A stretch of 63,905 nt of DNA, counting the filler, from Chiloscyllium plagiosum (Eukaryota), in the NCBI RefSeq assembly GCF_004010195.1. It is 3 parts of one record of this genome, joined end to end, with 100 filler letters (N's around TTAATTAATTAA, not from the genome) between each part and the next. Parts side by side here need not be neighbours in the genome. Positions count along the whole stretch, not along the records: positions 59,772 to 63,905 come from NC_057714.1; 2 more parts are not named here. One strand, written 5' to 3'. The notes under the pieces are model-generated. The model saw only the letters and a list, made by a program, of their open reading frames with translations. It searched no databases and was not told the DNA's origin. The first letter of the stretch is position 1. Each line of letters opens with the position of its first letter. Below, in pieces: positions 63,125 to 63,905 of this stretch. The position numbers and the translations under genes were made by a program.

Positions 63125-63905
63125 ACTTTTGGCTACACATGACTGTTTCCCCACGCTTCAACCCCAGGGCATCAATGTGGACTTCAACAGTTTCCTCATT
63201 TCCCCATCCCCAAACTCACCCTAGTTCCAAGCTTCCAGCTCAGCACTGTCCCCATGACTTGTCCGGACTTGTCTTACCTGCCTATTTCCTTTTCCACCTA
63301 TCCACTCCACCCTCTCCTCCCTGAGCGATCACCTTCATCCCCTCCCCCACTCACCCATTACTCTATGCTACTTTCTCCCCACTCCCACCCTCCTCTAGCT
63401 TATCTCTCCATGCTTCAGGCTCACTGCCTTTATTCCTGATGAAGGGCTTTGGCCCGAAACGTCGATTTCAAAGCTCCTTGGATGCTGCCTGAACTGCTGT
63501 GCTCTTCCAGCACCACTAATCCAGAATCTGGTTTCCAGCATCTGCAGTCATTGTTTTTACATCGTTGATTTTAACCCGACTGCGAATCCTCTTGCAAGGA
63601 TGCCTGCTTTGAAGAAGTTTTTCTCCTCTCTCTACAAGAATCTCAGGGAGTCCCTCTCTCACTGCAACTCCCAGGTCATTTCCTCTGCCCTGAAGCTCTT
63701 CAACCATGTCGTGAAACAAACTCGCTACCACAGCCACATTTGCTTCCTCATTGCCTGCCTCTGGAACCAAATTATCCCACACGGACTCCGGACCACCTTT
63801 AAACCAGCAGAGTTCAGACCCGAACAGGGCAAACAGTACAGACTACAGATTCAAAAACACCAGCAACGGTTCTCCTTCAAGATCCTCTGCTCCACGCTCG
63901 CAGCA
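63125..63905 (+). mobile_element. Penelope-like element 5' end: pseudo-LTR (~63125-63560) and ORF start (ATG 63600, open to the window end)
   Basis: MPALKKFFSSLYKNLRESLSHCNSQVISSALKLFNHVVKQTRYHSHICFLIACLWNQIIPHGL... contains the PLE N-terminal FL..C....IP.GL motif. Confidence 0.85.
63431..63468 (+). ncRNA. Minimal type-I hammerhead ribozyme motif (putative)
   Basis: CTGATGA (63436-63442), extra A, GGGC-TTTG-GCCC, GAAA, C, GTC. Helix III is reduced to the palindrome ACGT; helix I is weak. Confidence 0.6.

Noticed and set aside
1..63905. CRISPR arrays or prokaryotic operons
   Set aside because: No regularly spaced repeat-spacer pattern; the sequence is vertebrate intronic DNA.

Overview
Eukaryotic, repeat-rich genomic DNA. 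It is almost certainly from a shark or other elasmobranch, based on HE1-type V-SINEs, Deu-domain SINEs, CR1 LINEs and Penelope-like elements. The window lies inside one + strand gene, class III myosin MYO3A. Nine internal coding exons splice in frame from motor-domain loop 2 through the converter, IQ neck and proximal tail. The gene start and end lie outside the window. The introns are packed with decayed mobile elements: CR1, other CR1/L2-group LINEs, Rex1/Babar, Penelope-like elements (PLEs), a Gypsy integrase relic, a solo LTR and Harbinger Myb/SANT relics. There are three assembly gaps, two of which contain an artificial TTAATTAATTAA linker. The most notable observations are: minimal hammerhead-ribozyme cores in the PLE terminal repeats; ORF-less palindromic insertions built from those termini (one with a 14-bp target-site duplication); an extra symmetric IQ exon and a probable GC-AG intron in MYO3A; a candidate alternative loop-2 exon; a 75-bp-arm hairpin; and a CR1 with twin-priming-like geometry. 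All family assignments are by eye and from recalled sequences; no searches were run. Repeat boundaries are approximate unless stated.
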